Source: Methanocaldococcus indicus (GTDB lineage: Archaea > AGJL01 > Methanococci > Methanococcales > Methanocaldococcaceae). Taken from it: a stretch of DNA of 64,000 nt. The notes below the pieces were generated by a model. The model was given only the letters and a program-made list of their open reading frames with translations. It was not told the DNA's origin and ran no database searches. The position numbers were made by a program, and so were the translations under genes. The stretch covers positions 256,001 through 320,000 of the forward strand of contig NZ_CP186926.1 in the NCBI RefSeq assembly GCF_049554935.1, written 5' to 3'. Shown here piece after piece: positions 21,445 to 31,423 of the stretch; positions within the stretch are counted from its first letter, which is position 1, and each line of letters begins with the position of its first letter.

Positions 21445-21743
21445 GAATTCTTGGAGTTATTGGCTATTTATTAGTTTTTTTAAAGGCAATAACTGAGGCA
21501 TGGATAGATACAGTTAGAATAAGCATTAATGGAGACATAAAACCTGAGATAGTAGAAATAAAATCTATAATTGATAGTCCAGCTGGATTAGTTTTATTAG
21601 GTTGGAGTATAACAGCCACACCAGGAACATTGGTTATTGATATAGATGAAAAAAATAAAATATTAAAAGTAGCTTCTATATATCCAAGAAAAAGAGAGGA
21701 TATAGTGCCATTTGAACCATATATTAAAAAGATTTTTGATTAA
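21441..21743 (+). CDS. MnhE-like cation:H+ antiporter subunit / Ehb hydrogenase subunit A
   Basis: [28 protein letters not shown]. Confidence 0.8.
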   Translation: MRILGVIGYLLVFLKAITEAWIDTVRISINGDIKPEIVEIKSIIDSPAGLVLLGWSITATPGTLVIDIDEKNKILKVASIYPRKREDIVPFEPYIKKIFD

Positions 21744-21763
21744 AAACATATGGAGGATGAAAA

Positions 21764-22225
21764 ATGAACATATCTTTTGAAGATATATTTAATGAAGTTT
21801 TTAAGCATATGAAATATTTTACTCCAGAGGAGAGTGATTATTCTAAGTTAGTTGAGTATAAAGACAAAGTTAAAGATGTTATTAATGAAGTTGTAGATGA
21901 AGTCTTTGAGGATATATTTAGATATGAAGAAACAAAAAATATTTTTGATATAAATAAAAAAGATGAATTAAAAGAAGACTTTGAAAAATGGATTATAAGT
22001 TTTTTTGATATTCATAATGCAAATGAATTAAATGAATTTTATAAAAATGTTGTCAAAAGAGGAATAAAATTTGTTGAGTATGAATTTCTTCCAGAATATC
22101 TTACAGCTATTTTAATGAAAATTGATGATATGAACTTTGAAAGGAAGGTTTTAGATTATATTGGGATTAATAAAAATCTTAAACATAATACTATCAAATT
22201 ATCAATAAAAAAGATGAATCTATAA
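21764..22225 (+). CDS. Protoglobin/globin-like sensor-domain protein, apparently lacking proximal His
   Basis: All-helical pattern F..E.D...L......V...INEVVDEVF..IF...ET..IF......L...F..WI..FF typical of globin-coupled-sensor domains. Confidence 0.55.
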   Translation: MNISFEDIFNEVFKHMKYFTPEESDYSKLVEYKDKVKDVINEVVDEVFEDIFRYEETKNIFDINKKDELKEDFEKWIISFFDIHNANELNEFYKNVVKRGIKFVEYEFLPEYLTAILMKIDDMNFERKVLDYIGINKNLKHNTIKLSIKKMNL

Positions 22226-22247
22226 ATATTTTTAAAGAGGATAAGCT

Positions 22248-22718
22248 ATGTTAATTGGAATATTATCAGATACACATATTCCAGATAGAGCCTATTCTCT
22301 ACCAAAAACTATATTTGATATATTTTCAACAGTTGATTTAATAATACATTGTGGAGATATAACTGATAGAGAGGTTTTAGATAGTTTAGAAGATTTAACT
22401 AATGTTGTTGCAGTTAAAGGGAATATGGATTATCTTGATTTACCAAAAAAAGAAATATTAAATATTGATAACTTAAAGATAGGAGTAATACATGGAGACA
22501 TTATTTATCCAAGAGGAGATTTATTGAAATTGAAATTGTTGGCTAAGGAGATGGGGGTTGATGTTTTGATATCTGGGCACACACATATCCCATTTATTGA
22601 AAAGAGAGATATACTATTACTAAATCCTGGCTCTCCAACTGTTCCAAGATGTCCATTAAAAAGTGTCATGACTTTTGACACTGAAAATAAAGAAGCAAAA
22701 TTAATAATTATTGAGTGA
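22248..22718 (+). CDS. YfcE/Vps29-like metallophosphoesterase
   Basis: SDTH, HCGD, GNMD, HG, GHTH, NPGS. Confidence 0.9.
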   Translation: MLIGILSDTHIPDRAYSLPKTIFDIFSTVDLIIHCGDITDREVLDSLEDLTNVVAVKGNMDYLDLPKKEILNIDNLKIGVIHGDIIYPRGDLLKLKLLAKEMGVDVLISGHTHIPFIEKRDILLLNPGSPTVPRCPLKSVMTFDTENKEAKLIIIE

Positions 22719-22724
22719 AGTAAT

Positions 22725-22895
22725 ATGGAAATCAAAATTTTAGATAATTGTGTAGGTTGTGGAACCTGTGTATTCTCCTGTCAAAAGAGAGCAATAAGAA
22801 CTTATGGAAGAGCATATATAGACAAAGAAAAATGTGTATTATGTAAGATTTGTATAAAATACTGTCCAATAAAAGCAATTAAATTAGAAAATTGA
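22725..22895 (+). CDS. 2[4Fe-4S] ferredoxin, 56 aa (not in ORF track)
   Basis: MEIKILDNCVGCGTCVFSCQKRAIRTYGRAYIDKEKCVLCKICIKYCPIKAIKLEN*: two CxxCxxCxxxC motifs. Confidence 0.9.
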   Translation: MEIKILDNCVGCGTCVFSCQKRAIRTYGRAYIDKEKCVLCKICIKYCPIKAIKLEN

Positions 22896-22915
22896 AAATT
22901 AAGAGGGATTGGGTT

Positions 22916-23527
22916 ATGTATATTGGAAGATTCTTGGTAGTAGGTAAAACAAAAGAAGGAAATAACTTTTTAGCTTATAGAGTATCAAGTAGAAGTTTTC
23001 CCAATAGAATTGCTAAAATTTTTGGAAATTCAATATCAATAATTCCAAAAAATTTGGATGAAATATTCAAAAATCCATATATTTGTTATAATTGCATAAA
23101 AGTTGTAGATAATGTTGTTGTTGGTAGTAATGGGTCTCATACTGATTTTATAGCTGAAAAGCTACATTATGGATATAGAGATGCATTAGCATCAGTTTTG
23201 TTGTCTATGGATTATGAAAAGGATGAATATGGAACTCCAAGAATTGCAGGAATAGTTGATAAAGACAGATGTTTTTTAGGATATGTTAAGGAGGACAGTA
23301 TAAGAGTTGCAAAATTTAATTTAAAAGAGAGTGGTATTGGATACTACTTAGGAGTATATAACTCTTGTAAGATAACAAAAAAGCAAAAAATAGAAGTTCC
23401 ATATAATTCTGCTGAGGAAATAGCAGAGTATATATTAAATTATAAGGATTTTGAGCACCCAGTTGCCTGTGGGGTAGCTCTTATAAAAGATAATGATGTA
23501 GAATTAGCAGTTAAAAACAAAAATTAA
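22916..23527 (+). CDS. purO: Archaeal IMP cyclohydrolase
   Basis: MYIGRF, YRVSSRSFPNR, NPYI.YNC, SNGSHTD, DYEKDEYGTPRIAG. Confidence 0.93.
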   Translation: MYIGRFLVVGKTKEGNNFLAYRVSSRSFPNRIAKIFGNSISIIPKNLDEIFKNPYICYNCIKVVDNVVVGSNGSHTDFIAEKLHYGYRDALASVLLSMDYEKDEYGTPRIAGIVDKDRCFLGYVKEDSIRVAKFNLKESGIGYYLGVYNSCKITKKQKIEVPYNSAEEIAEYILNYKDFEHPVACGVALIKDNDVELAVKNKN

Positions 23528-23542
23528 TTTATAGATTTAAAC

Positions 23543-24418
23543 TTATTTTGTTATCATTGTTCCTATACCTTCTTCTGTAAATATTTCTAATAGGAGAGCA
23601 TGCTGTTTTTTTCCATTTATTATATGGACAGATTTAACTCCCTTTTTAAGAGCATTTATTGCTGCTTCTGCCTTAGGTATCATACCTCCTTTAATTACTC
23701 CTTTTTCATTTAAATTTTCTAATTCATCCAATGTTAATCTTCTATAAAGAGTATTTGGGTCTTTTGGATTCTCCATTATTCCATCTACATCAGTAATTAA
23801 AATTAATTTTTCAGCTTTTAATGCTCCAGCAATGTCTCCTGCAACTGTATCAGCATTTAAATTGTATGCTTCTCCTTTTGTATCTATTCCTATTGGAGAT
23901 ATAACAGGAATGTAGTTGTTATTTATTAAAATCTCTAAAAGTTCTGTATTAACTTCAACTGTCTCTCCTACTTTTCCTAAATCAACTTCAACATGCTCTC
24001 CTTTGTCATTTTTAATATACTTCTTCTTTTTCTTAGCTAAAATTATTCTTCCAGATTTTCCTGATAATCCAACAGCTTTTCCACCATATTTGGAAATCTT
24101 AGAGACAATATCCCCATTTATTTTTCCAACCAACACCATCTCAACAATATCCAAAGTTTCCTCATCAGTCACTCTCAATCCATGAACAAACTCTGGCTTT
24201 TTTCCCATTTTTTCCATAGCCTTATTTATCTCTGGGCCACCACCATGGACAACAATAGGTTTAATACCAACATATTTTAATAGAACAATATCCTGGGCTG
24301 TTAGATTTTTAGCAGTTTTATCAATCATTGCATGTCCTCCATACTTAATAACAAAAACTTTATCATGAAATTTTTGTATAAATGGCAATGCCTCCAATAA
24401 AATCTTAGCTTTTTGCAA
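23543..24418 (-). CDS. argB: Acetylglutamate kinase
   Basis: IKYGGHAM, VHGGGPEI, GLRVTD, NLNADT, GGMIPK. Confidence 0.96.
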   Translation of the reverse strand: MQKAKILLEALPFIQKFHDKVFVIKYGGHAMIDKTAKNLTAQDIVLLKYVGIKPIVVHGGGPEINKAMEKMGKKPEFVHGLRVTDEETLDIVEMVLVGKINGDIVSKISKYGGKAVGLSGKSGRIILAKKKKKYIKNDKGEHVEVDLGKVGETVEVNTELLEILINNNYIPVISPIGIDTKGEAYNLNADTVAGDIAGALKAEKLILITDVDGIMENPKDPNTLYRRLTLDELENLNEKGVIKGGMIPKAEAAINALKKGVKSVHIINGKKQHALLLEIFTEEGIGTMITK

Positions 24419-24430
24419 ATTCTCACCAAA

Positions 24431-25678
24431 TTATAGTTTATTTGTTATGTATCCTTTAATAGCAGATATTGCAGCAACTTTTGGAGATGAAAGATAGACA
24501 TAACTCTCAGGATGACCCATTCTTCCCTTAAAGTTTCTGTTTGATGTTGATAGACAAACTTCTCCTTCTGCTAAAACACCTTGATGAGCTCCTAAGCAAG
24601 GACCACATCCTGGATTACAAACATAAGCTCCACTTTCTAAGAAAATCTTTATCAATCCTTCTTCCAAAGCTTTTAAATAAACTTTTTTAGATGCTGGAAT
24701 AACAACTAATCTAACATCTTTATGAATTTTTCTACCTTTTAAATATCTTGCTGCTATCCTTAAATCTTTCAATCTTCCATTTGTGCAACTACCAATAAAA
24801 ACCTGATTTATTTCAATTCCTTCAACATCTGATATATTTTTAGAATTAGCAGGAGAGTAAGGGACAGAAACTTGCTCCTCTATATCAGAAATATCAACAA
24901 CTACCTCTTTATAATAACTTTCATCTTCATCAACAGTTATTCTTTCTTTTTTTAATTTTAAAATTTCTTTATCTGATAAGTTCCTCTCATTTTTTAGATA
25001 GTTGTAAGTTATTTCATCAGCCTCAATAATTCCTGTTTTTGCCCCCATCTCAATAGCCATATTACATATTGTTAATCTATCATCCATATCCATTTCTTTA
25101 ACTAATCCATGGAATTCCAAAGCTTTATATATATTTCTTGTTCCTAAAATTTTGCAAGTATAAAGAATTATATCCTTAGCAGATAGCTCTTTATTTTCTC
25201 CAACTATCTCAACCTTAATAGTTTCAGGAATCTTTATCCAAGTTTTTCCTGTAGCATAAATATAAGCCATATCAGTAGCTCCAAATCCAGTAGAGAAAGC
25301 TCCAAAAGCTCCATGAGTGCAAGTGTGAGAATCACCACCAGCAACAAACATATTTGGTAAGATATAGCTTTCAGCTAAAACTTGATGACAAATTCCATCA
25401 TTCTTGTGGAAATTTTTTATATTATATTTTTTGACAAATTCCAAAGCCAACTTTTGTGTTTCAGCAGCTTTAACTGTATTAGGAGGAACATTGTGGTCAA
25501 ATACTATTACTATTTTATTACTATCCCAAACTTTATCACTCATCTCTCTCAAAGCTTTATAAGCTAATGGTGTAGAACCATCATGAGTCATAGCTAAATC
25601 AACATCAACCTCTATACTCTCTCCTTCTTCTACTCTTCTACCTAACTTTTTTGATAAAATCCTTTCAACTAAACTCAA
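24431..25678 (-). CDS. hacA: Methanogen homoaconitase large subunit (LeuC/HacA family)
   Basis: HD, DHNVP, GICH, DSHTCT, IGSCTNGR, CGPCLG, NRNF.GR; most like MJ1003 (HacA/AksD). Confidence 0.8.
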   Translation of the reverse strand: MSLVERILSKKLGRRVEEGESIEVDVDLAMTHDGSTPLAYKALREMSDKVWDSNKIVIVFDHNVPPNTVKAAETQKLALEFVKKYNIKNFHKNDGICHQVLAESYILPNMFVAGGDSHTCTHGAFGAFSTGFGATDMAYIYATGKTWIKIPETIKVEIVGENKELSAKDIILYTCKILGTRNIYKALEFHGLVKEMDMDDRLTICNMAIEMGAKTGIIEADEITYNYLKNERNLSDKEILKLKKERITVDEDESYYKEVVVDISDIEEQVSVPYSPANSKNISDVEGIEINQVFIGSCTNGRLKDLRIAARYLKGRKIHKDVRLVVIPASKKVYLKALEEGLIKIFLESGAYVCNPGCGPCLGAHQGVLAEGEVCLSTSNRNFKGRMGHPESYVYLSSPKVAAISAIKGYITNKL

Positions 25679-25861
25679 TATTTCACCAAAGGAATATTTT
25701 TAAAATTAAGAATATACTGAATAATTAAAACTATAATTTCTTTAAAATTTAAAAAAATAAAATAGTGCCTTATATACTTTTTTAAATCTTTAATTTAGAA
25801 CTTTAAAAAGAGAATTTTAATAATTTTAGTATTTCTACTCCTTATTTTAACCAAAAATAGT

Positions 25862-26430
25862 AATTCAATTACAAGATGGTCTTATTTTAACAACTCCTGA
25901 TGAGCATCTTTTATTTGCCAACTTAATTTCCATCCTCCAAGAGGCACGATTTTAACATATAAAAGCTTTAAATTTAAGTTGTGTTAAGACTTACTTTCCA
26001 TCCTCCAAGAGGCTCGATTTTAACCAAATCCAAAGTAAAGAACTTAAAACCACTATCAAATTCAGAGTTTCCATCCTCCAAGAGGGTCGATTTTAACTTA
26101 CAATATTGAGAGCAGTTCCTAAAAAAGAAAGTTCCATCCTCCAAGAGGCTCGATTTTAACGAAACTAATGAATTGATTTTAGAACATGAAGTTGTGTTCC
26201 ATCCTCCAAGAGGCTCGATTTTAACGGAGAATTACATAACTTCTGAGGATATAGAAATTCCAGGTTCCATCCTCCAAGAGGCTCGATTTTAACAACACTC
26301 ATATTGCTGTTAGTAACAATAATTGTAGGAGGTATGTTCCATCCTCCAAGAGGCTCGATTTTAACGTAGTTCCACATATAAATTATGGGAGTGATAAAAA
26401 GTTCCATCCTCCAAGAGGCTCGATTTTAAC
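25862..26430 (-). CRISPR. CRISPR array 1: 9 repeats (30 nt; + strand consensus KTTCCATCCTCCAAGAGGCTCGATTTTAAC), 8 spacers of 33-43 nt
   Basis: Repeats start at 25862 (divergent, array-2 type), 25927, 25995, 26068, 26131, 26196, 26264, 26336, 26401; degeneration at the left end, leader on the right. Confidence 0.97.
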
Positions 26431-26804
26431 AGGAGGCACATTTTAGACATAATAACATTAACGACCTTCTCATATATAAGCTTTTCTACACAAAAATTTT
26501 TGAAGGGTAGGTTTCCCTATTTATTTATATACCTTCGAACTTTTATAAAAATCTTTCTATTTAATATTATTCCGTTAAAAACCGTCTATTCTCAAAAACT
26601 AAACCAATTTATCAAGGATTTTCAAATATTAAAATGAACAACAAAAAACTTTAAAAAATCTCAGTAAATTACATAATCAAAATATATAAAATATTCAAAA
26701 TACAGACCCCTTCGAATTTTTCTAAAAATCCTCTAAATTAAAAATATCCTTCTAAAATCAAATAAAATCAAAAAATAAAGATTTTTAGCGTGATAATTGT
26801 CATC
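26431..26804 (-). promoter_or_regulatory. CRISPR leader 1 (374 bp, Methanocaldococcus long-repeat element) with BRE/TATA
   Basis: Minus-strand GAAAAGCTTATATATG at about 26471-26486; colinear homologue at 44317-44690. Confidence 0.9.
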
Positions 26805-26885
26805 TGAATATTTAAATTAACGAAATAGTTAAGTTTTTATTAAGATTCTTTAAATTTTAAGATAAGACATCTATTAGGTGAAATA

Positions 26886-27539
26886 ATGAAGTTTTTCTTA
26901 GATACTGCAAATGTTGAAGAGATAAAAAAATATGCTGAGCTTGGTTTGGTTGATGGAGTTACAACAAATCCAACATTAGTAGCAAAGGAAGGAAGAGATT
27001 TTTATGAAGTTATTAAAGAGATTTGTGAAATTGTTGATGGTCCTGTAAGTGCAGAAGTAATTTCCTTAGAAGCAGATAAGATGGTTGAAGAGGCAAGAGA
27101 ACTATCTAAAATAGCTGATAATGTTGTTATAAAAATCCCTATGACAAGAGACGGAATGAAAGCTGTTAAGATTCTTTCAAAAGAAGGTATAAAAACAAAT
27201 GTTACACTTGTTTTCTCTCCTCTACAAGCTTTATTAGCTGCTAAGGCAGGAGCTACTTATGTCTCTCCATTTGTTGGAAGATTAGATGATATTGGCCATA
27301 CTGGAATGGAATTAATTGCTGATGTTGTTAATATATATAGAAACTATGATATTGAGACAGAGGTTATTGTTGCTTCTGTAAGACATCCAACACATGTATT
27401 AGAGGCAGCAAGATTAGGAGCAGATATTGCTACAATTCCTCCTGCAGTTATGGATAAGTTGTTTAACCATCCTTTAACTGATATAGGAATTGAGAGATTT
27501 TTAAAAGATTGGGAAAACTACTTAAAAAGTAGGAAATAA
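26886..27539 (+). CDS. tal: Transaldolase (FSA-type)
   Basis: [38 protein letters not shown]. Confidence 0.94.
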   Translation: MKFFLDTANVEEIKKYAELGLVDGVTTNPTLVAKEGRDFYEVIKEICEIVDGPVSAEVISLEADKMVEEARELSKIADNVVIKIPMTRDGMKAVKILSKEGIKTNVTLVFSPLQALLAAKAGATYVSPFVGRLDDIGHTGMELIADVVNIYRNYDIETEVIVASVRHPTHVLEAARLGADIATIPPAVMDKLFNHPLTDIGIERFLKDWENYLKSRK

Positions 27540-27566
27540 AATAATAATATTTATTTTGGTGAAAAA

Positions 27567-28706
27567 ATGGATAAATTATTAATGCTTCCAGGTCCTACAA
27601 TTGTTCCATCAGAGGTTTTATTAGCAATGGCTAAGCCCACAATTGGACATAGAAGTAAAGAGTTTGGAGAAATATTTTATGATACAATAGAAAAGTTAAA
27701 AAAAGTGTTTATAACTGAGAATGATACATTTATTGTAACTGGTTCAGGAACTGCTACAATGGATATGGCTATATCCAACATTATAAAAAAAGGAGATAAA
27801 GTTCTAACTATAATTACTGGAAACTTTGGGGAAAGATTTGCTAATATAGTAGAGAGTTATAAAGGAAAAGCTATTAAGTTAGAGTATGAATGGGGAGACT
27901 TAGCTAAACCAGAGGATGTTAAAGAGATTTTAGATAAAGAAGAAGATATAAAAGCTGTTACAATTGTCCATAATGAAACATCAACAGGAGCAAGAAACTA
28001 TATAGATAAGATTGGTAAGGTTGTTAAAGATTATGATGCCCTCTATATTGTAGATACTATTTCCTCATTAGGAGGAGATTATGTAAATGTTGATAAATTC
28101 CACATTGACATTTGTGTAACTGGCTCACAAAAATGTTTAGCAGCTCCTCCTGGATTGGCTGGAATAACTGTCAGTGAAAAAGCTTGGGAAGTTATAAATA
28201 AAAATGAAAATGAAAAAGTAGGATTTTATTTAGATTTAAAAGCTTATAAAAAATATTTAGAAAAGAAACAAAATCCTTACACACCAGCTGTGAATTTAAT
28301 TTATGCATTAAACAAAGCTCTTGAATTAGTTTTAGAGGAAGGTATAGAGAACAGAGTAAAAAGACATGAAAGATTAGCAAAAGCTACAAGAGCTGGATTA
28401 GAAGAGATGGGAATTGAGTTATTTGCTAAGGAAGAGGCAAGAAGTATAACAGTTACCTCTGCTAAATATCCTAATGGAATTGATGATAAGCTAAGAGAAA
28501 TTATGAACAAAAAATACAATATAGTTATAGCAGGAGGACAGAAACATCTTTCTGGAAAAATATTTAGAATAGGTCATATGGGAATTTGTGGAGAAAAAGA
28601 AATATTAGCTACTCTATCATGCTTAGAGTTAGCCTTAAAAGAATTAGGTTTTAATATAGAAGGTAGTGGAGTAGAAAAAGCAAAAGAGATTTTATCTAAA
28701 TTATAA
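27567..28706 (+). CDS. Class V PLP aminotransferase (MJ0959-type phosphoserine aminotransferase)
   Basis: LMLPGP, HNETSTG, VDTISS, GSQKCL, FRIGHMG; follows tal as in M. jannaschii. Confidence 0.85.
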   Translation: MDKLLMLPGPTIVPSEVLLAMAKPTIGHRSKEFGEIFYDTIEKLKKVFITENDTFIVTGSGTATMDMAISNIIKKGDKVLTIITGNFGERFANIVESYKGKAIKLEYEWGDLAKPEDVKEILDKEEDIKAVTIVHNETSTGARNYIDKIGKVVKDYDALYIVDTISSLGGDYVNVDKFHIDICVTGSQKCLAAPPGLAGITVSEKAWEVINKNENEKVGFYLDLKAYKKYLEKKQNPYTPAVNLIYALNKALELVLEEGIENRVKRHERLAKATRAGLEEMGIELFAKEEARSITVTSAKYPNGIDDKLREIMNKKYNIVIAGGQKHLSGKIFRIGHMGICGEKEILATLSCLELALKELGFNIEGSGVEKAKEILSKL

Positions 28707-28710
28707 CTTT

Positions 28711-29292
28711 TTATTTTTTCATTAATTTAAGTAATTCAGCTATTTTTTTACCTAAGTTTTTAGATGTTTCTATTCCAATTTTATCATTTTTACATTCTTC
28801 TGGAGCTTTTCCTACTCCTGTTCCTCCATAATGAGCTGTTGGTTCTCCATCTCCAACAACTATCATAGAGTGAATTAAGAAGAAGTTATGTATTTGTTGT
28901 ATTGTTGTCTCTTGTCCTCCATTTCTACTTGCTCCAACTGCAATAGCTCCTCCAATTTTGTTTTTTAGCTGAAATCCAACTCTTAAAGGTCTTGACCTAT
29001 CCATCAACATCTTCAATTGTGCTGAAACTCCTCCAAAATAAACAGGTGAGCCAAGTATTATAGCATCTGCTTCTTTCATTTTTTCTAATATATCATTTAT
29101 ATCATCAGATATTTCACATTTTCCTGTCTCTTTACATAAATCACAAGCTAAACATGGATTCATATCTTTATCAGATAAAGAGATAAATTCAACATCAATA
29201 CCTTCTTTTTTTATAACTTCTAATGCTTCTTTAACTAAAAATGAAGTATTCCCATGTGGTCTTGGACTTCCACTAATTCCTAACACTTTCAT
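28711..29292 (-). CDS. Iron-sulfur flavoprotein (Isf)
   Basis: GSPR..GNT, CLACDLC.....C, GSPVYF, RNGGQE. Confidence 0.9.
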   Translation of the reverse strand: MKVLGISGSPRPHGNTSFLVKEALEVIKKEGIDVEFISLSDKDMNPCLACDLCKETGKCEISDDINDILEKMKEADAIILGSPVYFGGVSAQLKMLMDRSRPLRVGFQLKNKIGGAIAVGASRNGGQETTIQQIHNFFLIHSMIVVGDGEPTAHYGGTGVGKAPEECKNDKIGIETSKNLGKKIAELLKLMKK

Positions 29293-29957
29293 TTTTCTCC
29301 CTCCAATTCTTCCTCTTTGATTCTTTCTCCAGTTATCATATATACAATTCTATCTCCAATAGATGAAACTATATTACCACTTCTCTCTAAATACTTTCCA
29401 GCAAATATAATCTCTGTTGCAACAGTTAAGTTCTTTGAAGGATTTTCTAATATTTTACTTATCATACTTCTATATAACTCTTCATATAGCTCATCTAATT
29501 TTTTGTCCATATTATATACTTCTCTTGCTAAATCTTCATCCCTATTTTTAAATGCAATCATAGCATTTTTTATCATTAATATTAAGTAATCTTTCATAAC
29601 TAAGAGGAGTTGATTTTCTCTCTTTCCTTCATATTCAGATTTTAAAATAATTCTACATATCTTAGCTGCATTATCTCCAACCTTTTCTAACTTAGAAGAT
29701 ATTTTTATAGAGGTAAAAAGTTCTCTTAAATCTGATGAAACTGGATGATACAAAGCAAGAGCTTTTATACATTTTTCTTCTATTTTCATCTCTAATAAAT
29801 CTATTGCAGTATCTCTTTTTCTAATTTTTTTAGCTTCTTCTTTATCTCCATTTATAAAAGCCAATACTGCCTTTTCTGTTTGATCAATACATAAATCTGC
29901 CATTTCTAAAATGTCATTTTCAATCTCTTTTAAAATTTCTTCAAACTTCTTAGGCAT
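29289..29957 (-). CDS. phoU: Phosphate signalling protein PhoU
   Basis: PVSSDLR, LEKVGD, D..LD, YLERSGN. Confidence 0.92.
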   Translation of the reverse strand: MPKKFEEILKEIENDILEMADLCIDQTEKAVLAFINGDKEEAKKIRKRDTAIDLLEMKIEEKCIKALALYHPVSSDLRELFTSIKISSKLEKVGDNAAKICRIILKSEYEGKRENQLLLVMKDYLILMIKNAMIAFKNRDEDLAREVYNMDKKLDELYEELYRSMISKILENPSKNLTVATEIIFAGKYLERSGNIVSSIGDRIVYMITGERIKEEELEGEK

Positions 29958-30612
29958 CTAAACTCACCTTCTGTCCAGTTGTGAAAAAATAAATATCATT
30001 TCTAAAATCAGTTATATAATTTTCAATCCTTTCAAGATACTTTCCAACTGTTGTTAATTCATTTACAAATGCAATATTAAAAACATCTTTAAATACTAAC
30101 TTCATCATTTCTCTATGTAGTTCCTTATAATATATCTTTTCAATCTTTTTGTGTATTTTATATATTTCATCAACAACTTCAATGTTATTATTTGTTATTC
30201 CAAGATATGAAAGTTTTAGCATTTTTTTAATAAGTTCTCTCATATTTCTTAAATAATTGTTGTTTCTATCAAAATTATAATCTGATTTTATTGTGATTCT
30301 ACAAATTTTCATTAAATTAATAATAATATGTTCAATAACTCTTATATATATAAATATAACAATAATAAACCTTAAATCTTTTGATACAGGTCTATATAAA
30401 CATAAAACTTTAACTGTCTTAGATTCTAAGGTATGCACTCTTTTGTAGAGATTATTTAATTTAATTATGCTGGATTTTGCCATTTCTTTATCAAAATTAA
30501 AATAAGAATCAGTAACTGACTCTAATAAATTTATTATATTCTCTGTCAAATTCTCAATATCTTCAACTATTTCATTACACACTTCATTAAATTTTATTGG
30601 CATATTTACCAC
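29950..30612 (-). CDS. Divergent second PhoU-like protein
   Basis: [17 protein letters not shown]; several acidic metal ligands degenerate. Confidence 0.75.
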   Translation of the reverse strand: MVNMPIKFNEVCNEIVEDIENLTENIINLLESVTDSYFNFDKEMAKSSIIKLNNLYKRVHTLESKTVKVLCLYRPVSKDLRFIIVIFIYIRVIEHIIINLMKICRITIKSDYNFDRNNNYLRNMRELIKKMLKLSYLGITNNNIEVVDEIYKIHKKIEKIYYKELHREMMKLVFKDVFNIAFVNELTTVGKYLERIENYITDFRNDIYFFTTGQKVSLDA

Positions 30613-30652
30613 ACAATTTCATATTTTGTGAATAAAAATAAAAAAATATAGT

Positions 30653-31411
30653 TTAACCAAATCTACCACTAATGTAGTCATCAGTTTCTTTCTTCTTAGG
30701 ATTTAAGAAGAGTTCATCTGTCTTATCAAATTCAATTAGTTTTCCCATTAAAAAGAAAGCTGTATAATCTGAAACTCTACTTGCCTGTTGCATATTGTGG
30801 GTAACAACAACAATTGTATAATCCTTGGCTAACTCAATCATTAACTCCTCTATCTTTTGAGTTGATATTGGGTCTAATGCAGATGTGGGCTCATCCATTA
30901 ATAAAACCTCTGGTTTAACAGCTATTGCCCTTGCAATACACAACCTTTGCTGTTGTCCTCCTGATAATGCAAAAGCATTTTTATCTAACTCATCCTTAAC
31001 CTCATCCCATAAAGCAGCTTTTTTTAATGCCCATTCAACTATCTTATCAAGCTCTTTCTTATCTCTAACTCCATGAATCCTTGGACCAAATGCAACATTG
31101 TCATAGATACTCATAGCAAAAGGATTAGGTTTTTGAAAAACCATTCCAACTCTTTTCCTTAAATCATAGACATCAACATCCTCATCATAGATATTTTTAT
31201 TATCTAATAGAACTTTTCCCTCAATTCTGACATTTGGAATTAAATCATTCAACCTATTCAAACATCTTAAAAATGTTGATTTTCCACAACCACTTGGTCC
31301 TATAAGTGCTGTTATCTTTTTTTCATAAATAGGCATTGTTATGTCATAAAGAGCTTGCTTATCTCCATACCATAAATTTAAATTAATTGTTTCCATCTTT
31401 TTCTTTTCCAT
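30653..31411 (-). CDS. pstB: Phosphate ABC transporter ATPase
   Basis: [35 protein letters not shown]. Confidence 0.96.
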   Translation of the reverse strand: MEKKKMETINLNLWYGDKQALYDITMPIYEKKITALIGPSGCGKSTFLRCLNRLNDLIPNVRIEGKVLLDNKNIYDEDVDVYDLRKRVGMVFQKPNPFAMSIYDNVAFGPRIHGVRDKKELDKIVEWALKKAALWDEVKDELDKNAFALSGGQQQRLCIARAIAVKPEVLLMDEPTSALDPISTQKIEELMIELAKDYTIVVVTHNMQQASRVSDYTAFFLMGKLIEFDKTDELFLNPKKKETDDYISGRFG

Positions 31412-31423
31412 ATTTTCACATCT

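Noticed and set aside
26165-26407. 80-aa ORF with repeated VKIEPLGGWN
   Set aside because: Translation of CRISPR repeats; not a gene.
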